Source of the DNA: Raillietiella orientalis
Lineage: Eukaryota
Length of the DNA stretch: 64,000 nt
Assembly (NCBI GenBank): GCA_036172245.1
Contig: JAYWIR010000051.1
Location: 558,001 to 622,000 of the forward strand
Direction of reading: 5' to 3'
The notes beneath the pieces were generated by a model. The model saw only the letters and a program-made list of their open reading frames with translations, ran no database searches and was not told the DNA's origin. Position 1 is the first letter of the stretch. Each line of letters opens with the position of its first letter. The position numbers were made by a program, and so were the translations under genes. Below, piece after piece: positions 40,312-51,530 of this stretch.

Positions 40312-41911
40312 TTATTTGCCACTTTGTTTTAATTCCAAAAACACTGACAAGTGCAACTGATGACAAATATCTTGCAAAAACTGAAGAATGTACCCATCCT
40401 TATCAACTTGTTGATATGAATAAATGATAATTAAATATATGTTGCGTTCTACTCTCTTTAAAAAATACGTGCATTGCATGTAAGCATCATAAAAATGAAT
40501 CACCTGATCTAGATCTGACTCTCTGTTGCTTGTTAGCATTGATACAAGATTAGGCCAGTGTGTAGTTGGTTTCTGAAAGTATACCTACAATAAGACACAA
40601 ATTGCAATAATGCTTACTGATGGGTATGAAAAAATGGCAGGAAAGCAATCAATTCCTTTAAATATTTCCTTTACTCTTTCTGGGTGACGATATGCTGCAC
40701 CTTGATAGTCACTTAGACTCAGAGTATCCAAAATTAATGTGACAGATGTAGCATCAGTTTTTTTCTGAAATGTTTGTAATCTTCAAGGAAATCATAAAAT
40801 CCTTGTTTCTGACTTACTCTTTCACATAATCAGTTTGTAGCTTATTGCAGAACTTTGATAAGTCTTGGAAAGAGTCATTTGACTGTGACAATAAAATTTC
40901 ATAGAAATACACAGAGAATTTACTTATGAGTGAATTTTTCAGTTTACATATCCATACAAATAATGCTTGTGATGGAAGGCGATTGTGCATGATTTTTCTG
41001 AACTACAGATGCAATGAAATTATTATAAATGACATGTTTTATGAAACTAACTTCTCTTCCATACATGTGATTTTCCCAGCTGTTTAGTTTAAGCTGAGCT
41101 TCACTCAAACACAGAATAGAAGGGACAAATTTCCATTTTTGCATTTCCAGTAGTGCTTCGAATAGCTTATGCATTACTTCAGTTTCATAACTACACTGCA
41201 AACCATTATTTGAACTGGGAACAGCAGTCTTACTTGAAAGCTATTTTCAAAGAGCTAAGTAATGGATGATGGAAGCAATTGGCATATTCTGCAATTAGGC
41301 ACGCAACATCGTCCACAATCTTATCATATGCTATGGTCTTCAACACTGCCATGTAACTTATCTTTTCATAACTTATCCATTGAGAAAAATGCTTCACAAC
41401 ATAATTTCATGTCATAGGAAAGGATACAGGCACAGCAATTTGATGCGAGCATTAAGGAAATCCCTCAAATGCTTACTCAAATGTACTAACAAGTTTCCTG
41501 TCTCTTCAATAGAATTACCAAAAACTAGAAACTCATTTTGCAATTCTTCAAAACTGGTTTTTAACGACGCCTACAAAGGAAACACGCTTACAATAACTGC
41601 TATCAAATTCGCGTACATACATCTTTACGTAAAAAGCCTTTTGATACTAAATAGGTAAGGCCAAAGTATGATTTCTCCAGGGTAACAAACTGCAGCAACA
41701 GTGCAAAAAAGCGAGAACATCCAAATACTTGAAACTTATTTAGATCTTTTTCTTTTTCCTTATAAGTGGTCGGAAAGCATTAATCGCATTCACGTGAAAA
41801 TATATATCTTACCAGTACTTCTTTTGCTTTTGTTTGCATTCCTTGCCCGAGGGCAACGAAAAACACTTCCAAAATTTTCTCCAATTTCAAAATACCATTT
41901 CTGTTGTCCAT
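40312..41911 (-). CDS. KICS2: KICSTOR complex subunit 2 (C12orf66 homolog), 8 exons
   Basis: Spliced peptide MDNRNG..LEVFFVALG..KAKEVL/EKEKDLNK..LEKSYFGLTYL..RKD/..LVHLSKHL..ARIKLLCLYEKI..FHHPLLSSL..YETEV..WKFVPSIL..SKFSVYFYEIL..YQGAAYRHP..HWPNLVSM..VIHFYD..TYFL aligns collinearly with human C12orf66 as recalled. Introns 41759-41812, 41571-41620, 41372-41427, 41191-41233, ~41004-41051, 40781-40817, 40573(or 40585)-40617. Confidence 0.9.
41372..41427 (-). other. Putative U12-type GT-AG intron (56 nt) in KICS2
   Basis: 5' end GTATCCTTT is the U12 donor consensus; TTTTCTCAAT close to the 3' end resembles the U12 branch site TTCCTTAAC; no pyrimidine tract between it and AG. Removal restores the frame (LLCL-YEKI). 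Confidence 0.8.
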
Positions 41912-41914
41912 AAA

Positions 41915-42450
41915 TGAAGTGCCTTAAGAGAATGTAGGTTTCCACCTCTGGCACGTTGCAAACATCCATCAAAATCTGGCCAAACAACCGTCTCTCCTCC
42001 TCTCATCCATCCCTGCCCAGCATCCAACAGTTCCCGCGAAGAGGGCAAATCCGCTGGGAGACGCGCGCACGGCGGAGGCCCCAGGATAGCCAAGAGGTTC
42101 GAGGCACCACTACTTCAGTAATTGGGAAGTACCCCCGTTTTATGCCACTAACCAACCTTGGGAATAATCCGGAGGCCGGGAAATGTTCCCGGTAAGCTGC
42201 ACTGATAATCGCAGTTAGGGGGACCCACAGGAGCACCAGGGTCGGCTGCTCCGAACCCAGCGTAGGGCTTCGGTTCCGGAGAGACGGCTCTTCACCACGG
42301 TGGCAGGGAGAGCTGCAGAGGCAGAAATACTGAGAAATAAATTGGTGCTTCGTGGTGGCGCAATCAGTCACAAAGCATAGACGACGTCGCTTTAGCCACG
42401 TCGAAAGCCCACAAGCAATTGCAGAAACAGACGGTCGCTTGATGGTCTGC
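41915..42450 (-). mobile_element. Decayed LINE 3' region (RNase H plus C-terminal zinc-finger-like)
   Basis: ORF 42003-42452 has LCFVTDC and LVLLWVP (RNase H xTDS and LxWVP motifs), followed by CNVPEVETYILL (CxxC..ETxxHIL-like). Locally CpG-rich. Confidence 0.45.
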
Positions 42451-44429
42451 AATTGATGAAGCTCCAGCGGGCGTTATGATTAAGTGCTTCATTTTAAAAT
42501 GTTTGACGTTTCCTAAAGTCGGAAAGCTCCTAGCAATGATTAGGTTATTTTCGAGATGGGAAGGGCTGTATTCCAGATAAATGGATCGGTGACAACAGAG
42601 GTGTGGCAAAGGGACATCGGTTTCATGAGGATGCCTTCGTCCCGAGTCAACAAAGAATCACGTATTCACATTCCATTTCGTCCGAAGAAAAGCAGACGTA
42701 CCTTTGATGTTTTCATTGCTAAGATGAATTTGAAAGAAAGTCCAAAATTAAGGATGACATTTGAGTACTCTATAAAACCTGGAGTAAGAAACAATTTATC
42801 CAATGACCTTCTTTCCATTTATCCTTAAGCAGCCACCGAACGCTAGATTTTCTTCTTCAACATATTATTAGACAAGAAAGAATGGGAATATTTAGTACAG
42901 CCGATGAGAATATGCGAAAGACACCATTTGCATTTTCGAAGAAAGATTTGCACAATATTCTGCTCTTGAAGGTATTTGCATTGCTCATTCTATTGGAAAC
43001 ACGAGGATGAGGGTGTAAAATTCTTTTGCAGATTGAGGAATTCATCCTCGGGAACAATTTCCAGTTAGCAAAAAATGAGTATGCAAATGAGTCACGTCAA
43101 TTTGAGTCACGTCGATTTCAAGGAAAATGAAGATTCGTGAATGGCAGTTGGTTTAACAACAGTGGAAATTCATGATTTCATGAAAGTTCATAGTGCAAAA
43201 TTCTCGAACTGGCATGAATGTTCTGCCAGTTTTCATATTTGAAGAATGAAATTCAGAAAGGTGGAAATATTCGGTAGTCACAGATTCCAATGAGGATGTG
43301 TTACTTACTCATCTTCACCCAGCACACACATGTAAGAACTGCAACTCTTCTGTATGAGATCGAAAATACCTGCTGACTAGAAGCCTTAATGATAAATTGT
43401 GCGTTTCGAAAGTAGCAAGCTGTAAAGAATGGGCTGAATCTCAAGATGGCCATTTAAGAAAAAAAGTGCAAAGGCAAATTGCTGCTCAAATTTCATTCGA
43501 AATTCTCGGATTTCCAATGAAGCACAAGAAGTTCTTTTGGCAAACGGTTTTGAGGGGCAGAGCAGTCCAATGTCCTTGACGAAGGAATAAAAATAAAGGA
43601 ATAAAGAAGTTAAATAAAGGAATGAATAAAGGAATAAGGAAATGACCATTTCTGGGAGACGAACGCTGATCTTAAGTACGAGAAAATCATAAATACAGAG
43701 TAAATAAGACATCGAAGTGGGTTTTAGCAGGCTTCGAGGAAAATAACAAGGGTAGCAAATAAAATGCACGATAGGGATAATGGAAGGAAACTCCTGGAAA
43801 GCTCGAATCTAAGAAGTCGACTGCTACGAATCAGCCATGAAAAACGTGGGGACTTTTGCAAAGAGGAAGGCGATTTGCACAACGCGAAACGGTCCGACAG
43901 CGGCAGGAAAGAAATCAGTGAGGACTAACTGACCTTCCAAGCAAAACATATCTTACGCTCTGGACTAGGAAACTCGTTCCTGTTTGACAATCATGGAATC
44001 AGGACCTCTTCAGGAAGTTCAGTATAAGCAGTAATCCCTCTGTTCCTCTTTTGCGGTAATCATTCTTGCTTCCCATGCATACGATGATTGGGAAGTTCCT
44101 TCGGGGACCAAGTTGGGGTGAGAAGATGGACGACAGGCAGACAGATCCCTTGTGAACCACAAGAAGAGCGGCTCAGCTCATTTCCTTCAAGTGCTGCACT
44201 CCATTCAAGGTTGAGTCTTTTAGGATTACGAACCACACTTCATTTTTCAAGCTTCACCAAAGCTACTGGGAAATAAAGAATCTTCCTGGAACCCCCCACA
44301 ATTGCTGAAGAATCACATTCTTCGAGATACAGAGTACCTCGGGAGGGATCCGCCCTATGAATCCAGAAAGGGCTCGGAGTCCGTTCCTCTCACGCCTGGG
44401 GAGGGATCCCCGAAATGGAGATCACCTCC

Positions 44430-44562
44430 ACCCTATTGTTTCCAAAGGGAACCCCGAAGGGAATCTCCTTCTTTGTTCACTTCTGCTGCTCCATTTTTCT
44501 TCTCCGAAGGGAACCCGGAAAGGTTCCTCTAGTAGGAATTTCTTTCTCCGGAGGGAACCCCA
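44430..44562 (+). repeat. Dispersed repeat built on CCGAAGGGAACCC units
   Basis: Three units here; ~70-bp homolog at ~47068-47200; shorter copies at ~20190-20225 and ~13981-13996. Confidence 0.75.
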
Positions 44563-45189
44563 TGGTGCGTTCCGATGCGTCTCGTCTGCCGTGAGGCCGG
44601 GACGGGAGGACTCGCGTCTTTCCTCTCGTGTTCGCGCCCCAAGGTGCGAAGATGCGGTCTTCTCCTGGGTCGCATGGTCACCCTGGCGGAGGAGAACAGC
44701 TGTATGGTCTTCTGCCCTGCCAACTCTAGCAACTGACTAGAGGAAGCAGTTGACACATGAGCGAAGATCTATGAGACGGGAACCGAGGGGTGGAACTGCC
44801 TGCGTCTCGACAACCACGTCCATTGCTCGCTTCGGAAGATCCTGGAGTGTCCTGGCAGGAGCAAGTGTGCGGAGACAACCCGCCTAGCTGCAACGCTGCC
44901 CTGTTTGAGGAGGTCTCTAGGCAACAGCCAAAGGCCGCGGTCGGAAGTTTCCTGCGAGATTGCAGGCAAGAAGATGATGAGTGGTTGGACCACGAAAAGC
45001 TGGCGGACGCAGCGACCCCGGGTGTCCCTCCAGGAGGAATGCAGCGCTGAGGAGAGCTGCTTGGCATTCCATCAGAAGACCTGGAGTGACCCTCAGTACT
45101 GAAGCACATGAGTACCCTCCCCCTGAGGTGGCAGGAGTCGGCGCTTCTGCTGTTGCACTGGGATCCCTTTCTTGAAACCCACGCCGACA

Positions 45190-45680
45190 CCACTGGACGC
45201 TGGGGAGGATGAATCCAGACTGTCTCAGGTGCGAGGAACGGGAATCCCTCCCGCACCTGCTATTGGACTGTGTTGTCCTCCGGCCCCTATGGGGACGTTT
45301 TGCAACGGTCCTCCGGATGCTGACCGGTTGGCAGTCCCCCTCAGGGACTTTTTACGGCTGTCTTCGTGCGGGATGCCCTGCAGCCAGCCGCAGCCCTAGG
45401 AGCAGCATTTTGCTGCATCCGCAGGATCGTGGCGGCCTGGGGCGAAGCCTACTAAAGAAGAGGAAGCAACTAAAGTGATGCTATGCAGCTGGCAGTTCGC
45501 TTCTTGCGGTTAGCGGCCAGATGGCTCCACCAGGGGATTATTGGGACGAACCTTGCTGGCAACTTGGAACGGATGCACACTCCCTCCAGAGGGCAGTGAT
45601 CCCTTGCCGCCCCTCCCAAGTGTCTTTCTTCATTCTTTTTTTTTTTCATTTTTTGTTTTCTCTCATCCCCCCCTTCCATC
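45190..45680 (+). mobile_element. L1/Tx1-like LINE 3' end with CCHC zinc finger
   Basis: NPDCLRCEERESLPHLLLDCVVLRPLW (ORF 45209-45478) is a typical ORF2 C-terminal CxxC..E...H....C motif; followed by a T-rich tract at ~45625-45660. Confidence 0.75.
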
Positions 45681-45799
45681 TCCGCTGCCGAGGTGAGCCC
45701 GAAGGTCTGTGTACCGGCGACCCGGCAGGTCCGTTATTGAGTTGGCCGTAGTGGGACCTTGTACCACGAAAGTTGCGAGTTTATTTTAATCAGTAAACG

Positions 45800-46600
45800 T
45801 TCCGGCGCGACTGGGTGACAACTCCGGAGAGAATCCGCAAGGGAACCTCTCTCTGGTGGTGCTCGTCTGAAGAGAACCCCAAAGAGACGCTCCCGAGATT
45901 TCTCAGAAGGTCATCCCTTGAAGGGAGCGGCACGCTTCTTCCACTCTGGAGAGGCACAATCAATCCACCAGTTCCATAGTACGAAACAGAGGGTCCATTC
46001 ATGAAGGGGGAGGGACGTCTCTTTTGCGCTACCGGAGGGGGAACTCCCGACTCCTTGATTCCTGGATGGACTCGGAGGGTCGACCCCCATTGTCCCGGCC
46101 ACTCGTTGGGAGCATCCGTTTTAAACCGCTACCAGTGGCTCCGCACCCGAATGAATGGAGACCAACCGGCGCCATCTTGCGGGAGGAACTCGAACCCACG
46201 ACGCACTGCGTCAGTTTCTTTCGGAGTATTCGAACCCGCGACGCTTAAAAGTGCCACGCGCGGAGACCTCAGCAACCACATGGCCTCCGACGCGGGTGAA
46301 TTCCCACAATTTCTGAAGAGGTAAATGAGAAGGGTTGAGGAGGGCATTCGACAGAAAGGCCGGAAATTCTGGAAACAGCATCCTGGATCCACAGAAGGCC
46401 CTCTGCATTCTTGGACCGGAAAGGGGTGCAACATCCTTATACTGCGTTCTCCTGAGAAAAGCAACCGCCAAGCAGTTAGCCAGAAGGCAATGCCCGAGGC
46501 AATCTCCAATCACAAGGATGAGGCGAAAGTATAGGGCTGACATCCATATGAAGGAGGTTCCGAGCTGGACCAAAGTTCACCCCAGAACTTCAGCGTGACT
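45800..46600 (+). mobile_element. Decayed LINE APE endonuclease fragment
   Basis: DSEGR, DLSNH (SDH-like) and RKFWKQH (WKLN-like) occur in the expected order across frameshifts. Confidence 0.45.
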
Positions 46601-49539
46601 CATGTTCGGACGATGACCATAAAATGGATGTTCGTTGATCCGAGTTTTACAGGTGCTTCAGATCTGCACGGTATGAAAGGCGCTCGGCTCGTTGCTCCTA
46701 GACTAGCGCGCGCCACCCGAAGGTGCGTGTGACTCAAGTCGGAAGGTACTCCGTGGGGTGACCATCCTGCAAATCCGGGAAGGGCTCCGGAGGGATAAGT
46801 TTGTTCCTCCTTTACGCTTGGAATGGAACCCTGAAGGGAAAGAACTCCTCCCTGGACCAATGGAGAGTGGTAGGACCACCTGTCCTGCCGCGACCCCAAT
46901 GCGGCATGACCGGGTGGCAACACTGGGCTCCCGCATTGGGAGCTGGTATCTTCGAAGAGATATTCTGGAGCCGCCTCTGGCGATGGCAGGCGGCGCCTCT
47001 TTTCCCCCTAAGTGGCAGCGACCTCTTCCTCATTCTTCCCGGAGAGACTCCCCCGGAGGTGGTCGCTCCTCCTATTTTTGTTCTCCGAGGGAACCAGAAA
47101 GGATCCTCTCCCAGAATTCGTTCGCCGGAGGCAACCCGCCGCAAGGAAACCGCCCCTACTTTCCTCCACCTCCGAAGGGATCCCCGAAGGGACTCTTCCC
47201 GACTCCTCTGAAGGGACGCTCCCCTGAGGAGTACGGCGCCATTCCAAAGAAGCAAAAGTTCGTTTCTTTTGCGTTCCTGAGATCTCCAGGAAATTTCCAA
47301 GGCAAACTGCTTTTATCAACTGAATTACTCCGGAAGGGAGGAATAAAAGGAAAAATCGGGAGGATTCGCTCACGGTCGGGCTGAGTAGGTGGGTGGGATT
47401 GCTTTTCCTCCCGGTTGCGCCAAAGCTTTTTCGTTTATAAAAAGCGAACAGAGCAACGTCGTGTGGGGTGTCGCGTCCCACCGACGCGTGCACGCCTCTT
47501 GGTGTCCAGATCCTCACCTGCCGGCAGCTTCCCACTGTCCGTTGCCGCGGCGACGGTCAAGTGTGGGGGGAAGGCGGATGGACGGCGCCGGTTAGAGAAG
47601 GGTCGCCAGTTCCTGCGTGGGCGGTGGCGAAGGCCGACGTCGGCCGTAGCCCTTCCCGGCGACTCGCGACAGCTCGCCCGGTACACCGGGATCGACGGAA
47701 CGGGACGTCCGTCACGGCTGGCGCTGCAGCCAAGCAGCCGTCCATCCCGGCATGTGGGACTTGTCACGGGGATGGTCACTCCGGCTCGTCAGCACCTTCT
47801 GTCCTTTGGTCAGTTCGAGAGGGGGCTTACCATTCGCAGACCTGCCCAGGTCACGTGCGGCGGGCCCATGCGGTTCCCCTCACCCATCCTCCCGGGGTAT
47901 CCAGCTCCAGGCACCCCCGTCTTTCGCCGGCGGACATCCCGCATCGATCCCATGCGTTTCTGACGTCACGCGTGCGCCACCGCGGGCATCCCTTGCACCC
48001 GAGCTACGTGCGGAGCAGCTCGCGATCGGACAGCAGCCGTACGAGGAATGCGGAGGAGAGCAGGACAAGCGGGGGAGCTGGCGCTGGCCGGCATCGGAGG
48101 TCGCCTCGAGATCTCTCCCGAGGCCAGGGAGAGGGTCTCAAGAGTCAGCACACTGACGCTTCCTACGCCGGCGTAGGGCGCCTGGGGGAGGCCTCGGGAG
48201 CGCTGCCTCTCATGTAGGCTTCCAGGAGGGCTCGAGGAACGGCACGGTGTGACCGGAGGTCTGCGGCTCCCTGGCGTGTGCCCTGCGGGCGGGTAGCCCG
48301 CAGCGGAAGGGCGACGCGCGCCGACCGATACCACAGCCGGGTGGCACACTCGGCGCAGCTTCCGGGCCAGTGTATGGAACGGACAGTGCCCGAGGCGGCG
48401 ACCACGGACGCGGTGCCGCTCTTCCAGCTTGGTGACCGCTCGACGGCGGGAACCGTGGGGAATCCTGTCTTCCCCCTTCCTCCGCCCCCTCCATCTGACG
48501 CGCTGGAGACCTGCTTGGGACTGACGAATTCGTTTTTGGCGTGGTTCCGCTGCGTAGGGGTGGAAGATGGGTGCACGTGATCCCGTGACGGTGGAGGCGG
48601 GCTGAGTGCGGAGCCTCATCCCTTGACCGAGGAGGGGAGGGTGGTTGCTCGGGAAACCACCCTCCCGCGGTACAACCACCAGCCACCTGACCCACGGGCA
48701 TCTCTGTACCTAACCCGAAAGCACCCTCCCACGCCAGAACTTATCGTGTTGTGAGCGTTAAGACCTCCCTGTCTGCAAGATGCACGCACCCCCTTTACCT
48801 GTGGAGCACCACTTGGATCCCCGTTCCTGTTCCTGCTTCCCCCTCCCCTCCCGGAGCGCTCAGATAGTCTTCTCTTCGGTACGTCTTCCTCGTGGTGATC
48901 TTGGGCGCCTGGACCCCCCTGGGTGCGGGAATCTGATCGATGCATTGCAGGGGCGGAACGCCAGCTGGTGGCGAGCTCAGGACGAGGCAGGAAAGAGGGT
49001 TCCGCTTGGCGCCGCCGCGTAGGGTCCGCGGTTCTCCTTCGGGCTTCCCCGCCGAGGGCATTCGCTGCGCGCACGAGCCTGCCAGAGATGGAGTAGGGGC
49101 TTTGACCTCGTGGCTCAGATGGCGGCAAGTCGCTCCGAGCCAGGGAAGCAGACCCCACTGGCAGGAGTCACACCACCCGGAAGAAAAGAGGATGCGAAGA
49201 CCGGGATGGCCAAGCGATGGGGGGTCGTCGCGATCTTCGGGTGCCGAGCACCCTCTGTCGAGCGTCCCGGGCGAAAAACGCGCGCTGCTCCCGGAGGCGG
49301 GAGACCCTGCAGGCGGAGTGGTGAATCTGCAGTCCGATGGGACTTCCGGAGCTTCTGGCAGGCTCCGCCATTTCGTCGCGCCTCCTCTTGCCCACAAGGG
49401 AGAGGAAGTCCCCCAGGCTTTTTCCTGCAGTGTGGATCCGGGAGGCTTTCCCTGCGGGGCTGCGGTTGAGGGCGCCTCGGAGTGTAGTCATGGCGACGCG
49501 AGGGCGAGGAGAGAGATGACAGTGCCGATGGTAGATTCT

Positions 49540-50057
49540 CACCCGGGAGTGCCGGGGCGTTTGTTGATAAAAACAAACGTGCAAGTGTAGGACCCTACAA
49601 CGTCCGAGGTCCTTTAATCTGGGAACGTGATCCAGCCGATGCTCCTAGCCCACGCTCCAGGGGACGCTCACGAGCGCCGCCTCCTTCTCGAAGTGCTCCG
49701 TCCGCTTCCTGGCGCCTTCCGGCCCCCTCAGCACGCCCTCTTAGCGGATACCTGGCGCCCCTCTTCAAAAGGCGGAGCTCTCTTTTTCTCTCCCTTCAAA
49801 TGCCGCCAGTAGACGCCTCCAGGAGCGAACGACGACCCCCGAGGCTGCCTGCCCTTCGCCCTGGATCACGACGCTCGCCCCAACGCGGCTACTGACTCGA
49901 AACGTTTCGATGTCAGCAGCTCAGAGTAACGACCCGGCGCACCGGTCACCCTCATGTGGCAGCAATCGGCGCTGCTTTCACACCCGGGTGCGCCGGGGCG
50001 TTTATTTTTGTAAAAAAAACAAACAAACAAACATGTGCAGGGCCATTGCCCCTACAG
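49540..50057 (+). repeat. Diverged ~60-bp direct repeat
   Basis: CACCCGGG..GCCGGGGCGTTT..AAAAACAAAC..GTGCA..CCCTACA at ~49540-49600 and ~49981-50057. Confidence 0.7.
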
Positions 50058-50139
50058 CTTCCGATAAAAACTCTGAACTTGCCGAGTAGCCAGCGCGCAG
50101 GCTGGCGAGTTCGACTCGGCAGCGGAGGGGAAAAGGACA

Positions 50140-51530
50140 AATAAAAACAAAAAAAGAAAACACTATTGACAAAAGCAGGGAGGGGTCGTGGAAGGGATCA
50201 CGTTCCGCTGGGGTCGTCCTCTACATCCTTTCCAGGATACCGGCAAGTTCAGTCCGCTTACGTCCCAGATGGGACCATACGGCTGCCGTCCTCAGGAAGA
50301 GCAGGGCGGAGCAGATGATGTCCCTATCGTTCGGGTGGCGTTGCTGGTGTTGCATCGGGGAGTCCTACGCCTCCTTCATTGGACACGGGTGAGTATGGAT
50401 GCCAATTGAGAAAGTTGAGGAGACAAGGAGACCTTCCCGCACTTATTGGTAGACTGTATCAACCCTCCGATCCCTTTGGGATCGACTGGTCGATCCTAAA
50501 AATCCCGGTAAGCGACTCCAAGAACATTCTCCGGCGCCTCTTCATGCGTGACGCCCTGTCGCCAGCCGCATCTCCAGCAGTGCTCTGCTGTGTGCGCGGA
50601 ACCGTAGCAACCTGGAAGGCCAGAAGAAGGGACCAGGAATGCCACCCATTGGACGGGAATCTTCTCGAAAGCAGCTTCCCGATGGCCCCAAGTGCAACCA
50701 AAGAATGCAGAACTTGTCAGCATCCTAAGAGGATGCAGAGGGCGTCTCTCGGCATACCGTGATCCCTTCCCCGCCCTTCCCTCCTTTTTTGTCTTTTTCG
50801 TTTGTTTGTTTTTGTGGTTTTCCTTCTCCCTTCGCCGCTGGGGCGGACCTCGCCGGTCTGTATGCCGGTTTTTGGCAACTCCTTCGCTCGTGGTAGAACA
50901 ACCATGTGTTCTACCACGAACTTGTGAACGTCAGGACTATTATTATAATTTTTTTTCATAATGAATGTCCCGGAAAATTTGGGCGAAAAACTAAAAACAA
51001 AAAAAAACAGCGTCCGAAAGTGGTCGGAACCTGCTGAGTGACGGCACGCAGGCCGGCGACAGTCGCCTCGGCAGCGGAGGGGTAAACGAGAAATAAAAAT
51101 AAAAGTCAATAAATAAAAAGGAAAACTCTGAGGGGCAGGAGAAGGGATCTCTGCTCGCTGGAGGGTGCCCCCTGCATCCTTTCCAGGATACTGGCTGGGT
51201 CCGCACCTGCGTGCTGGCACCCAGGTGGGGCCATCTTGCTGTCGTCCGCAGGAAGCGTAGGGCGAAACAGATGGCGTCCCGATGGTGCCGCCCTCCCCTC
51301 GTGTAGCTCCAGGCCTCTGCAGCCCCGTGTAGGAAGCAGCAAAGAGCTGGCGGCGAAAGGGTATTGCGCACGAAGAGGCATCTCATCACGTCCCTGGGAT
51401 CGTCCGTCTCTGCACCAAAGGCCATTGCGTAACGCAACCACAGGGGCCGGAGGGGGCAACACAGTCTACGAGCAAATGCGAGAGCTGGGATTCCCGTTCG
51501 CAGCACCTGTAGTAGTTGGGGTCCACAGCC
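50140..51530. mobile_element. Three 5'-truncated copies of the same LINE 3' end in alternating orientation (-, +, -)
   Basis: Shared segment C(C/T)(C/T)(A/G)CATCCTTTCCAGGATAC at ~50219 and ~51170 has an inverted homolog GCATCCTAAGAGGATGCAGAGGGCG at ~50720. Zinc-finger remnants ETFPHLLVDC (+, ~50428) and RCCERESQLSHLLVDC (-, ~51460-51510) are related to the copy at 45209. Confidence 0.7.

Noticed and set aside
8300..41812. Mini-introns as introner transposons
   Set aside because: No shared sequence, TIRs or target duplications among introns; at least some positions appear ancestral.
44430..44562. CRISPR-like array
   Set aside because: Eukaryotic context, degenerate irregular units, no cas genes.
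47400..48700. Possible LINE ORF1 following the modular repeat
   Set aside because: No convincing knuckle or RRM motif could be read; needs a profile search.
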